Of a stretch of 64,000 bases of DNA, positions 15,130 through 28,787 are shown piece after piece (within the stretch, counting starts at the first letter, position 1; each line of letters opens with the position of its first letter). Source of the DNA: the human T2T-CHM13v2.0 reference genome, Homo sapiens; the NCBI RefSeq assembly GCF_009914755.1, contig NC_060947.1. One strand, given 5' to 3'. The position numbers and the translations under genes were made by a program. The notes below the pieces were generated by a model that had not been told where the DNA came from, did no database searches, and saw nothing but the letters and a program-made list of their open reading frames with translations.

Positions 15130-17105
15130 ACATCTTCTATTTGTGCTTGGAATCCCATTCTTTCTTCTTTATGTAAGAGATTTGCTATTAAAAATAACCC
15201 CCTTCTTCAGCATTATTATTTTCTCCCTCTCTACAGTTCATCCATCTCAGTACAGAGACATGTAATTTCTTCCATCTTCAAACAGTCTTCTCTAGAAACC
15301 TACATTCTGTTCCATGCATAACCCCATTTCTCTGCACTCTGTGTCCACTTCTTCCCTTTTCCTTTTCCTTTGAAGTCACTCAACTACTCTCATACCCATC
15401 ACCCATCAAATTTACTATTATCAATGACACTTAGTGATCTTTACATTGCTGAATTAAATGGCTGATTTTTACTTCCCATCTTATTTGAGCTAGAAGCAGT
15501 ATTTTGTAAAGTTTGCCACTCTCTATTCTTTAAAATGTCCCCTTTACTTGGCTTCCAGTATACTTCATCATCCTGGCTGGTTTTCCTCCTACCCTGCTGG
15601 CTATTTCTCCATCTCCTTTTGGGCTCCTTCTTCTCTGCCTAGACTTTAAATGTTAGAGAAAGCCAACACTCAATCATTAGATATTTTCTCCATCTATATT
15701 CACTGCCTTGGTGATCTCATTCAGCCTCCCAGCTTTAACTATTGCCAATATACTGATGATTTTCTAATTTATAAATCTATTCTAGATGTAGCCCCTTAAA
15801 TCTAGTCATCTATATTGAACTGCATGTTTGACATAACCACTTGGAAGTCTGAAAGGTTTCTTATAATTCTGTCTAAGATAGCACCCCACCAATGCCTCTC
15901 CCATACAACCACACACAGATCTACTCTTCCTCTATTTTTTCCCATTGCTTCCATTAACTGACTACAGTCAATACTATGTTAATTGTATATTTTAAAATCA
16001 TTGACAGAGTGTAATGGGATAGTTTGTAACACAAAGGGTAAATGTTTGAGGGGATGGGTACCCCATTCTCCATGATGTGATTATTTCACACTCCATTCCT
16101 GTGTCAAAACATCTCATGCACTCCATAAATATATACACCTACTATATACCCCAAAAAGTTAAAAGTAAAAAAATTTAAAAATAAAATTAAAAATTATAAA
16201 ATGAAACAATTATTAACGCAGTTGCTCTAACCAGAAGCTAGAATTGACTTTGATTATTCTTTTTCACTTACCTACTGTATCTAATTCATCAGCGATTCCT
16301 GTTGTTACTATCTTTAAAAGTTATCCAGGATGTTATTATTTATTGTGATCTTTCACCACTGCCATCTCTAAACCAGCTTCACCAATTGACTATAGTATGC
16401 AATATCCAGTACAAGTCTCCCTGCTTCTTTTCTTGCTACCATTTTTTTTTAAATTCAACCCAGGTGTGAGAGTTATCCTTTAAACCATAAGATGATTAAT
16501 TTCTCTCTTATGTACCAAGTTCTCCAGTGGATAGCCATTACAACAAAATGAAATCCAAAACTCTCTATCATAGTTTACAAAGTTTTGCATTATCTGAATT
16601 CTGCCTAACTTTCCACTTTATTTCTTACCACTTTTTACCTTGATCTCTCTGCTCTAGCTACAGAGGCATTCTTGTGTCTCTTTGAACACGCCAAGCTTGT
16701 TTTTTATACTAGAGTCTTTGCACTTGCTGGTCCCATAGCCTGGATTTCTCTTCTTCTAGGAGTTTGTGTCACGCACCCTGAGTTTATTTTGGTCATTACT
16801 CAAATATCAACTTCCCAAAGAGAGTTTCTGTGACCATCATATCTGAAATAGCACCTTCTTCATTCTCTACCCTTAGAGGCTACCTTATTTTCTTTATAGC
16901 TCTTACCATACCTCTCTACCCTTAAAGTCTACTTAGTTTTTTTCACAGCACTTACAATACCTGATATTATATCATATTTTATTGACTTTTAATTCACACT
17001 AGAATATGAGATCCATAATAGCAGGATATTTTGTCTGTTGCTTTCACTGTCATATCTCCAGCACCTACAGTAAGGTACCAAATAAATAATTTTTGAGTAA
17101 TAAAT
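15130..17105 (+). mobile_element. L2 (RT region to 3' end), interrupted by L1MA
   Basis: L2 RT-like sequence with 'tatactgatgat' (YADD-like) at ~15750; L2a tail 'ctagaatatgagatccat...cagcacctacag'. Confidence 0.8.
15959..16202 (+). mobile_element. L1MA 3' end with A-rich tail
   Basis: 'gaggggatgggtaccccattctccatgatgtgatt...cacctactatatacccc'. Confidence 0.85.
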
Positions 17106-17499
17106 GCATTTAGGAACCACTGGAATAAACAACTATCTCATTTTTATTTAATATGTTAAGTAGGAAGGAATGTTTACTATTTTAATATTTTCATTTTCAT
17201 TAAGAGTTTAAGAAGATATTCATGTCGTTTTATCAATAAAGGCTCAAAATAAAATAATTTTAGTGGCTATATATAATTTCATGTATTTACTTAGCATTTG
17301 CCTATATAAGACATTTGTTTCCACATTTTCATAGCTATGCGGTAAACATGTCTATACCAATCCTTTTTTTGAAGTTCATATTATCTCTTTAGAATTTTTC
17401 CTAAGAGGTAGAAATTTTTGATCAAAGTATAGAAAATTTAAGGTTTTTATTTTATATAAATATATGATTTCCAGCCAGTTATATCAATTTGCAAAGCAA

Positions 17500-17830
17500 A
17501 TTCATTCATTTATTTACTTCAATAATATTTATTAAGTGGACAAAATAGATAAGACTTCTTGCTCTCTTGGAATCTTGAAGCTTAAATTCTAATGATATAT
17601 GGCAGATAATAAACAGTCCTAATAATAACAGGTAAGTGATGTATAGAATATGACAGAGGATGACAAACGCTATGCAAAAAAAAAGAAGAAGAAGAAGAAA
17701 ACTAGAGCAAGGTGGGAGGTTGTGACTGCTGCTGGTGGGCAACATGTTCACGTAATAAAGGGAGTGTTCTGATAGTCCTCATTTAGGAGATGAGGTCTGA
17801 GCTAAGGCTTAAAAGGTGAGGAAGATGTGT
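17500..17830 (-). mobile_element. L2 fragment
   Basis: Starts 'ttcattcatttatttac...atatttatt'; 'gaggtctgagctaaggcttaaaagg'. Confidence 0.55.
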
Positions 17831-18187
17831 ATGGTGCTAAGAATAAAAGCATAGTGTGGGTGGATGTACCCATTCGCTGCATCTTTGCCAGTATGGAGTC
17901 ATTATCATTGTGATGTATGAATTTCTTCTGTTGAATTTATGCTAAAGTTTAAAATAAGCCAGAATATTCTAAAAGGTATGTAAAATTATGTATCTCGTGA
18001 GTACATCTCTAACTTCATCTGCTTTCAGACACTCCTGCACTTACTCCCTTATCACACTGACTGTTTAATTACTTGAATGTGCTGGTGGTTTCTGGCTAAT
18101 TTGGGACAGTCACACTTGTTACTTACTAGCTGGTATATTATTTCTCTCTCTCACTCACTCATTTTCTCTCACTCTGTATCTTTCTCA

Positions 18188-18224
18188 TACACACACACGC
18201 ACACACACACACACACACACACAC
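18188..18224. repeat. (AC)n microsatellite, one interruption
   Basis: Seen directly. Confidence 0.95.
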
Positions 18225-18471
18225 CACTGCCTTATTACGTCCCAACTGAAGAATGTTCTCAGTTTGTGTGTTTTTTCTTCTGGGAAATTATCACGGAGAC
18301 TCCTAACTTGGTTAGGTTCTATTATTGTTTACTATTACAGCACACTGTAGGGTTATTTGTGGTCTTGGTAGTGATAGTAAATAAAGATAAACAAAAGATA
18401 AAATACTGTAAAAGCCTTATCGATGTGATAGTAACACTTCTTAATATAACAACACAGTTTTAAATCTTACT

Positions 18472-19216
<745 letters not shown>

Positions 19217-19369
19217 CATATTTTAAATTTTATATATATATATATTCACATATTATGTATTTTGATAAAATGTTTTGTAATTTTATAAAATATTTATAAA
19301 TCATATTTATTATATTGTAAAATAAACTATATACATTTTGTTATGTTGTTCTTTGACATAATACAAATT

Positions 19370-19680
19370 ACTTATGCAAACTTATGATAAACAGAGATTT
19401 ATTTGGATCACATAGAACCAAATAAATAGAATGTGGGAAATCAAAGACTGAGGGGCCCACATCTGGCTAAAGTCATTTTACTTGCATTATAACATGGTAG
19501 AAGGCAAGATGTGGGCATATGGGTGAGAGAGCAAGAGATCATAATCAACATAAATCCATTTGTGAAAGTGGAGCCCTCATGATCTAAATGCCTCCCATTA
19601 GGTCCCACCTCCCAACACTGTTGCATTGGGGATTATTTTTCAACACATGCTTTTGGGAGGACACTTTTAAACTACAGAAA
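19370..19680 (-). mobile_element. MaLR MST-type LTR
   Basis: 'gccctcatgatctaaatgcctcccattaggtcccacctcccaacactgttgcattgggga...caacacatg'. Confidence 0.8.
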
Positions 19681-19919
19681 CAATAAACATGGGAATAAAT
19701 GATTTCAATGGTGATGGTTGCTATGAAAAAGATGAGTGAATAGCAAAGAGTAGTACTTTAAATAAGGTAATCAAATAAAGCCTCTCTGAGGGGGTGACCT
19801 TAAGGCAGAGATTTGAATCGTGAAATTATTTATTTCCAGGTTTATTGTTTCTATAGTTTTAATGTGTTGTTTTAAGCCACTGAGTTTGTGGAAATTTTTA
19901 TAACTGCAATAGGAAACCA

Positions 19920-20085
19920 ATAGTTTCTTCATTTGTAAAATAAGCATTAGTGACCTTGTAGAATTGATGTGAGGTTTTAAAGGAAAATAATAAGTGATTT
20001 GAATGTATACAAAGGAGTTAGCAGATAAAGGAATAATATGTGAGATATTCTCTGTAAGCGCAGAGAACACTCATGTGAGCGTGAT
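19920..20085 (+). mobile_element. MIR fragment
   Basis: 'agtttcttcatttgtaaaataagc...gatgtgaggtttta'. Confidence 0.5.
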
Positions 20086-20169
20086 TCAGCCCTCCCACAT
20101 GAGGGACGCCTCCATGTGAGGCCCCAGGAGGAGCTAAATCTGATTCTCTTCTCCTTCCCCATCCTCATT

Positions 20170-20615
20170 TCCAAGGCCTTTTAGTATCTGGCCCTGCATT
20201 TCTCTCCATCCTTATCTCTATTTGATCCCCCACTCATTCTCTTCACTCCAACCATACTTTCCATCCAGGTTTTTTGTCTTTGCTGTTTATTCTCCTTGGA
20301 ACTCCCCTGTATGATTATAGAGCGGTCTTGTCATTTAAGCCTCAACTGAAATGATACCTCTTTTTGAAAGGACTTTAGAGATCACTCAGACCAAAGCAAA
20401 CTTCACTGCAACTCTCTACCATATTTCCTTAATTTTGCTTTTTGTAGTGCCTAGAAGAAACTGAAATGTATCCAAATGTATTGAACATATTTATTTCTAG
20501 GTTTATTTTCTCTCTAACTTCTCCAGGATGTTAGTGAAATGAGGACACTGTTTTTCTCACTGTTACATTTCAGAAACAGAAAGGCACATAATTATATACT
20601 TAATAAATTTCTATT
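20170..20615 (+). mobile_element. L2 3' fragment
   Basis: 'aaggccttttagtatctggccctgc...ctccaaccatac...cttaataaattt'. Confidence 0.55.
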
Positions 20616-21279
20616 GCCTTCCTACATGACTAAAGACAGCACTGCTTTTAAAAATTTTGAGAGTGAGTTAATAATGTCCTTTTTGTTTAAGCCGGTTAGA
20701 GAGTTTTCTGTACTTGTATCTTAACTAATTGAACTTTTCCCTCCTGAGTGTGTCTATTAATTCATCTATCTATCTATCTATATATTAAAAATCAGATAAC
20801 AGAGCAAAGTATGAAAGACAAATTAACAATTATCTGAGTCTGTCACCGGGTTACTATTTTGTTGAATATATTGTGTATAGATACAATACAATGAGATATT
20901 TTCTATTTTCTAATGCATTCATATAACTGTATCAATGTCATATACTGTACTGCTAATATAATCTATTTTTATGTATGATAATATGAATGTACACTATTAT
21001 ACAAATATAATTTTATAATTATTTCAATCATTATGTAACAATGACATTCTAATTATCCAATATGAATCTATCTAGTATCTAAATATTTAATACCTAAATC
21101 TAATATCTAACACATAAATATCAAATATGACATTCTAATTATCTAATAGTGACATTCAACATTCTCTTGGGAATATTCTAATTATACTCTGTGATGTGGT
21201 ATAATTTACTGTTTTTCATTTGATATTGTCATATAACAGTGTAATAGACAGTGACGTCATAGCAGAGGGTGTGTTTATT

Positions 21280-21660
21280 GTTGACAAAGAGTGGTCAGAG
21301 ATGTTTTTCGAATTATGTGACTTTTAAGCTAGAACACGAATTGATAAGAAAGGAGTCTGACATAGGAAAATCTGGGGGAAGAGCCCTCCAGGAAGAGGAA
21401 ATAGCTGCTACAAGTGTCTTAAGACAAGAAATAGGTTGGTATCTTCAGAGACTGAAGGGACGCTGATGTGGCTGCATTTCCTGCCTAGAGGAGGCAAGTT
21501 GATGCAAAGGAAGAAGTTATCAGACGTGAAGTCAGAGTTGCGTAAGCCATGGAAAGAAACTTGAATTTTTTCTAACTTCAGTGGACAGAGAGTTTTAAGC
21601 AACAGAGGTGATTGAATTGCTTTGCAGTTTTGAAGTATCACTTTGGCTTTACTATGGAGA
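21280..21660 (-). mobile_element. L2 fragment
   Basis: 'tctgggggaagagccctccaggaagagg...agagttttaagcaacagaggtga...atcactttggct'. Confidence 0.65.
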
Positions 21661-23457
21661 CTTCATAACCACTTCACATTGCTTCTGTCCAATTCACATC
21701 AGGTTTATTTCTAAGAATTAAATTTAGTGTTACTGTTGTTGCTGTGTTGCTGCTGCTGGTTCTTTTATCAATGTGACTTTTTTCTCATTGCAGTTACTAA
21801 GTAGTTATTGTTTAACTATATGAAATTAGTTATTAAAATAATTTTTCATTTTACTCTGTGCTTTTATTGATGCTGCGACATCTTCAGTTGGTATTTTTAG
21901 ACTTCTGCAGGTATAATTTTATATTATCTGCAAATAATAATTATTTTTCCTTCTACTTTCTGACATCTGTGATTATTATTCTGTCCCTTGATTGAATGTA
22001 TTGTCTGACACTTCCACAGGAACGTGAAGTACTAGTTCTCACAAACTCCCTTGCTTTGTTCCCTATTTAAAAGCAATACTCTTTGTCACAGACTGCTAGT
22101 TATTCCACAAACCCTCCTTCAGTACTAGAATACTTGATGTTTAGCTGGGTGCGTGAATGACCAGACTACATTTCCCAGCTTCTTTTGCAACTCCACTTGG
22201 CCATGTGACTGAGTTCTAATGAGTTGTGAGTTGAGATGTGCCATTTCCAAATTTTGCCTTTTAAAGGAATAGGTGTCTGTTCCCATTTTTGTTTATATCA
22301 TCTGGTAAATTTCAGTCAAAAATTTTTACTTTCAACTTTTCTGAGTCACATTGCTTTGGAAGTTTTGTGTTTGTTTGTATAAATATAATGCTATTGGTTA
22401 TTATCATTAATTTGTCTATGAGTCTTCTCATTAAGTGGGGAGCTGATTTGACTTACATATTTGTTCTCGTGTGTCATCACATTAAGTTTTTTTCTCTGAT
22501 TTTATTTAGCCTGTTTTGTTTCATTTCTTATCTGAAGAATACCAAAGATCTCAACTAATTTTTATTCTGCTAAGTTTTTGTTTTATATTTTTAAAATGCA
22601 CATTCAATTTAAAATTTTCAGATACCACTTTTAGAGCCACAAGAGTTTCTTTAAATTCTTCTCTATGAAATATTAATAGCCACATCTGATGCTTGAAACC
22701 TTCTTTGTATTTTCTCAGGGATTTATAAAACTCCCACAACCACTTTGCGAGACAGGAACGTATTTTATCTTCAATTTGCAGGGCACAAAGCTGAAGTCGA
22801 GAAGAGTCAAACATTGAGACAGGGTCACATAAATATTTCTTGTTAAAGCTACATTCAAAATAAGTTTTGGCTAGTTCTTAAGGCCAAAATTACAATAAGT
22901 TAAAGTGAAGAAATGATTACTTCTTCCCAAAATCAGTCCCACAGTGAGTAAGCCTAATTCCAAAACAGTGATCCTAACGTTGGATCTGTTTTCACATATT
23001 TATGAAAATATGTTTTTATGAATACATCTATATATTTATAAAATCTCTTCATTTCCTGTGTAGTTTTAATGTTTCCCAAGCCTATACTTTAAATTACTAA
23101 ATTTTTTATAGGGTTGATTATGTTCCTTATTGTTTCCTATTGATTTTAGAGTTATTTTTTAGTTTCTCCACTTGTTAAATATCTGTGGTCACTTTTGTTC
23201 TTCAGCCACTACTGCAGAACCTGGCAACAAATACTACTTAGCTAGTTGTCTTTGCTTGCTGTATTCCTGTTCTCTTCCCTTCTATGTTATAGAGCATTTT
23301 ACATATTGGTGCTATGCTGTTATTATTTGTTTTTCTTCTCGTTTATTTTGAATTGGGGCCATGGATTGTCCCCACTGCCAAAAATAGATGAATACGTTTT
23401 CCTTGATATCTCTGTTCTAGGAAAATCTTTGACTTAACCCTCTCTCTCCACTTTGAA

Positions 23458-23560
23458 CAGTGGTTCTCAAACATGGATGTGAAAAAGTACAGAGCATCAA
23501 TCACCCCTCCAGACCTACTAAAGAAATCTTCCAGTTGCAGCTTCAGAATCTGTCTTTTTT
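23458..23560. mobile_element. MER5-like hAT MITE fragment
   Basis: Starts with TIR-like 'cagtggttctcaaac'; 'ccagacctact...agaatctgtc'. Confidence 0.5.
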
Positions 23561-24639
23561 AGCCCAACTTCCAGAACTGGTCTGCATATTTTTTTGGACC
23601 AATGCCTTGAAACATGCACCGAACAATTTGCACATTTATTGTTTTTATTCTTTGTTCAGTCATTTAGCTCCTTTATGGGAACAGGGGGCTTGGGGGACAG
23701 TGAGGAGATATCTGGGGCTGTGAGTAGTTGCAGTCAGGAAGTTTTTTTCTTAGTTGTTGGTTTGTTTCTTAGTTGCTCAGTTTGATTTTTTGGCTCCTAT
23801 GCACTGGCATCAGCAGCACCGTGTTGGGGGCATGCTCTCATCTGTTGGTGAAGAATGGCCTTTTTGTGTTTCAGTTTACTCCCTCTCAAAGTGAGAAATT
23901 CATTTTCATAAAAAGTCCAGGGTTGTTGAGGTTTTTGTTTTGTTTGACCCTATGTATTTTTCTGTGCAGAAGGCTGTGGCTATGATTCTCAAGAGATTGC
24001 TTCTACTTCTCTCTGATATTCTGTCTGTTTAGAAGGAAGATAAACTACAGGTTGGCAGGTAGTTAGGGAGGCAATCACATCGGTTGTATGGCTTTGCATC
24101 TTGTCCAGCATTTAGTTTCTCAGGAATGCTTATTTGCAGTGGAGAAACAAGCTCCACACAGTGCAGCCTACACTTCCTCCAGATCTGCTCAAGTCTAATT
24201 TCCTTGCTTCTTCAAATTGGAATATCTGGACCAAGGTAGTGATAGGGGTTATATATTGATTTTTGAGTCTTCTTTCAATCTGGGCCAAATTATACTGGAT
24301 CTGAATCATACCTCAAGAATTATATTGATTAAGACTCAGTTTTGTTTCAAGTTTCAGCATTGATGAATCCTTTCTGTTCATTTTGGTTAGTCACAGGGTG
24401 AGAGGTTTTATAAGCCAACACTATTTCCGCTTGCTTTCCCATAGCTTATTCAGTATATTGAAAAATTTTCAGGAAACAACAGCAAAATCCTACATAATAT
24501 TCCTTGTTGAATATCAAATTTCTGTTTTTGACTTTCCATTGGAATAAGTCAGGAATGTCTACGTAAGACAATGCTTGAGGGTAAAAGATGAGTGAATGCG
24601 GAGATCTTTGTGAGATTGAGATGGCTGGCATCAGCTCTG

Positions 24640-24860
24640 AAGCCATGCGATCATTAATAGTAAGTTTCTGCTCTGCCATTTACAGATGCTGTAATCTGAA
24701 TCGATCTTTCAATTTGTTCAAAATTCAGTTTTCTTTTAACTTTGTAAAATAAAAATAACTCTTGTTACTACATGTTGGGACATTTTTAACAGATTAAATG
24801 TGATAATATAAATCTGAAGTATTGAGCACTGTACCTGGCATAGAATGAGCTCATTATAAT
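24640..24860 (+). mobile_element. MIR
   Basis: 'ctctgccatttac...cagttttc...agattaaatgtgataat...gcactgtacctggcatag'. Confidence 0.65.
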
Positions 24861-24994
24861 ATCAGTCTCCTTATTCTTTCCCTTGTCTAACCATCAGTGG
24901 TGAGAAACAGCTGTTGATTTGCCAAAATATATGCATAATTTTATAAATGAAAACATCCAAAATCTCTTTGGGTGGCCTATTAAGGAATGAGCTA

Positions 24995-25228
24995 CAGGGT
25001 TTTTCACCTTTATTACTATTGACATTTTGAGACAGATAGTTCTGTGGGCTTTTTTGAGGGGGTGTCATCTTGCTGAATTTAGAATGATTAGCAGCATTCC
25101 TAGTTTCTATTCAATAGATGCCGATAGCACCAAGAGCCATCCCAGTTGTGACAACCAAAAATATTTCCAGACTGCAAAATGTCTTCTTGGGATGGGGTGC
25201 AAAATCACCCCCAATCTGAGCACTACTG
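24995..25228 (-). mobile_element. MER20 (hAT-Charlie) DNA transposon
   Basis: cagggttt...actactg termini; internal 'ccagttgtgacaaccaaaaat'. Confidence 0.85.
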
Positions 25229-25689
25229 AGCTAGAGGAATGAAAAGGACATTGTGTTGGAAGAGGGTAGGGACTTAAGCTTTGAAATGTTGTTCATAGCT
25301 TGGAAGAGGCCCACCTTAGCCGTTTCTGCCATTGGGTGAACTAGGCTTTTTGTGCCTAGGTGTTAGTGAATGGATGTCAGAGCAGAAGGTAGGAGACAGG
25401 AGAAGAGTCTTCTCTATTTAGAGGGAATGGAAAAGATGCAGGGCAGTGTCAGAAGGTTTCAGATCTCTCATGAGCAAATGCAAAACTTCTGTGTTCTCAA
25501 GACCGGAAACACATTTCCCAGCCAAGGGAAGAGGCTAATTGAGAGGAGTGATCGTGGCTCTTCTTCATTTTCTTAGTAAGCTCCTGAAGGTGGCAAGACC
25601 GCAGAAAAGCAATGCATTTAATACCTCAGGGACTTGTTAGTGCCTGAAATTGAACATGGAGGCATTGGGATGATTTCATTGTGCCTCAG

Positions 25690-26646
25690 AAGTTATTAAA
25701 CTGAGTCAGGCAAGTCTGCACTCTGGCTCCCCATGTGCAGGTGCAAGCAGTGGCCCCAGTGGGGATCCGAGGGCAGTTCCCTGGCTGGTGGGGTAATGTT
25801 CCAGGCAGGAACACAGCTGCCTCTGCTGCACAAAAAATCTGCCTGAAAAGTGGGAGGCAGCAGGTTGTAATAAGCCCCACTCAGCTCCCACACACTTGGC
25901 AAGTCAGTTTTCATACCCACAGTGTTCTGCTAGCAGCAGCAGCTAACTGGGTTTCAAGTGGCCCGTGCTCAGAATTTAAAACCATCCCAGGCCATAAGCT
26001 TTCCCTATGGACACAGAAACCATATCTTTCAGGCTGCATCCTTTCCAGTCCACCTGTGAAGCAGGGCCATGCAGCTCATGTGCCTTGTTGCCGTAGCACA
26101 CTTCTCACTTGCCCCTCGGTTCTGGCCAATCAGCTTTGTCCTTACTAAGGATTATATCACAAATCCCAGTTGGGCTCTTCTCTCAAACTGTGACTGCAGC
26201 CTGAGTTAGACTTCTGCAACGTCCCGTGAGGTGGGATCAGGAATGGCTTCCCTCCATTCTTGCTGGAATCTGGGTCTGCACACAAAGCATGTCCCGATGC
26301 TGCTCCTTCTTATATATTCCTTACTTTTCACTGAATCACCTCTAGAGCTGAGTAGGTTTGAAGTCCTCCCTCATGACTTGTATTGCCTGGCTCGCCTGTG
26401 GGAGTATATGTCATGACAGCAATCTATCCCTCTCTCATGCTCTGGGGACTAATGGTTTTCCATCTGTTTTATGATGTAGTCTGTTGCCTGCCACTTCATT
26501 CAAAGGGTCTGTGGTTTCTTTCAGTTTTTCTGTTAAGTTCTTACGTTGTTTCTTCGAATAAATTTTACAGCATGAATCTCTACATGCCATTTTGTCTTAC
26601 CAAGTGGGATAAGTATGCTTATAATGCTTCCAATCTGCCATCTTGG
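25690..26646 (-). mobile_element. Old L1 5'UTR fragment
   Basis: Ends in 'aatctgccatcttg' (reverse complement CAAGATGGC, the YY1 motif typical of L1 5' termini). Confidence 0.65.
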
Positions 26647-26674
26647 AAAAAAAGAAAAAAAAAACTTTAAATAT

Positions 26675-28158
26675 TTTGTCTGTAATGTGCTATGGAAGAG
26701 ACCTTTTCACATTGTATCTGTTTAGGAATTGATGGGCCTCCTGTATCTCAATGTCTAAGTGTCTTGCTCGACTTAGGAAGTGTCATCTATTATTTCAATA
26801 AATAGGTCTTTGAAAACATGTTTTCTCTCTTTGCCTTCTGGGCTATCAGTGATTTTTATATTTGGTCACTTTATGTTGTTAGATAGATTCCAAAGGTTTA
26901 TTTTATTATTTTCTTTTTTTCTTTATTTTTGTCTGACAGCGTTATTTCAAAAAAAACTGTCTTCAAGCAAAATGTGATCTTAACATAAGTCAGTTATGAT
27001 TGAGTATATTGTTGAAGCTTTCATGTGTATTTTTTAGTTTATTCACTGCATTCTTTGGCTCCAGAATTTCTGTTCGTTCCTTTTTTATGGTCTCTATCTC
27101 TTTGGTAAAGACAGGGTGGCAGTGGCCATGCTGCTGCCCTGCCACTGGGTGTTGGATGCCACCTTCAGTGATGGCAGTCTAGGCCAGTGGGTGAAAAACA
27201 CATGTGCCACATATGCCTTATCCCCAGTGGTGCTCCCACCTCAGCCCCAGGTGTGGTAGCCCATGAATGCTCATGTCTAAGCCCCAGGTTAACAGCCAGC
27301 TCTTCTTTTGCATCTCAGCCTCAGTGTTGCTTGGCTCCAAGACAGTGTGCAGTCTGTTGGGGGTGAGGCTCTAAGATGCTATCTTGCCCAGCCTTGATGT
27401 TCATGTCTTTCCCTTGGTTGCAGTAGCCTGTGGTCGCTCATGTCTGAATCTCCAGGGAAACATCAGACATTTAGTTTGCACCTAGGCCTCAATGCCACTG
27501 GGCTCCAGGACAGTATGTAGTTCATCGGGGGTGAGGCTCTGCAGTGGTGCCTCATTTGTGCCTCAGTCCTAAAAGCAGCAGCCCACGCCTTCGTCCCACC
27601 TCTGCACCAGATGCTGTAGTCTGTAGTCACTGATGCCTATGTCCCTGGGGCAGCAGTTCGTGCTTCTCTTGCACCTCAGCCCTGGGCTACTGGGCTCCAG
27701 GACAGTGCTCAGTCTGTTGAGGGCAGGGCTCTAAAATGGTATTTTGTTGTAGCTGCTTAAGTCTCAAGAAGTGTGAGGGACCCAGCGGGAGCTTTCTCCC
27801 TGAAGCAGTGCCATCATACAATCTCCTGGCAGCTTTCTATGTTAGTTTCGGGGCCCATGATGGTTGAAGGGATCTCCTGTGGCTGGGATTATAGGAGTCT
27901 ATAGTGAGAATGTAAACTACTGAGGCTCTCTCACCTATCCTTTCTCTGTATTTGGAGTCTCTCAGCTCACAGCTGATCCTGGATGAGCAGGCTGCCTTGA
28001 TTCCCTCTCCATCTCTGCTTTAAGTATTGCCTATCACTTTTCTAATGGATTCCAGTGATTTCCTTTGAATTATATATTCAAAGTGTGATTATCGACTCAC
28101 CGTTTGGTTATTTTTAATGGAGAAAGTGAGTACAAAATGCCTCTAGTCTGCCATATTC
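26675..28158 (-). mobile_element. Old L1 ORF1 fragment plus 5'UTR with internal tandem units
   Basis: ORF1-like 26675-27108; 5'UTR ends 'ctctagtctgccatat'; three ~170-190-bp units. Confidence 0.7.
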
Positions 28159-28567
28159 ATGGTTTCCAAGAAATAATTTTTAAAGGTTTTTAAATATTTT
28201 ATGTAATTATAATGATTATGGGCATAAGAAGGATTATGGAGAAGAACGGAGCAAAATAAAAGCTTCATTCACTCTGCTGTCATATTTGATTATATCTTGA
28301 GGTCAAATTGATCTTTGCTATTGTCTTGGCTGCCGGCTCTGGCTACAGCTAATCCTGGGCAGGCTTTGCAGCTCCTACCACTTCCAGGCCCACAGCTGCA
28401 ATCCCAAGCTTGCTCACCAAAACAAGTGTTTATTCATTATATCTTCAGTAGATTTTATTTTATAAATATGAATTGTTTATATGCATTTCTAATATGTCAA
28501 ATGCTTTACTAGCTTTTTAATATCTTTATATCCATTTTCCCTGGATCATTACTTACTGTTCTTAACT

Positions 28568-28787
28568 CAGTGGTTCTTAACTGGAAGAGATTTTGCCACT
28601 TAGGGGATACTTGCCAATATCTAGAAATATTGTTGGTTGTCATAATTGGTGGCAGCAGGGAATGCTACTGGTATTTAATAAGCAGAGACAGAGATGCTTC
28701 TAAGCGTCTTATTGGACAAAGGACGACCTCACACAAGAAAGAATTATACTGCCTAAAATGTGATGGTGCTGACAGTGAGAAACCCTG
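28568..28787 (+). mobile_element. MER20 DNA transposon
   Basis: cagtggttcttaac...gagaaaccctg termini; 'ttggttgtcataa', 'tgctactgg', 'aaagaattat'. Confidence 0.88.

Noticed and set aside
19220-19350. AT-rich quasi-palindromic tracts (also 20930-21190, 36850-36980, 47470-47650)
   Set aside because: Low-complexity or microsatellite decay; symmetry is expected from composition
25735-26148. 137-aa ORF
   Set aside because: Within an old L1 5'UTR; no homology recognised
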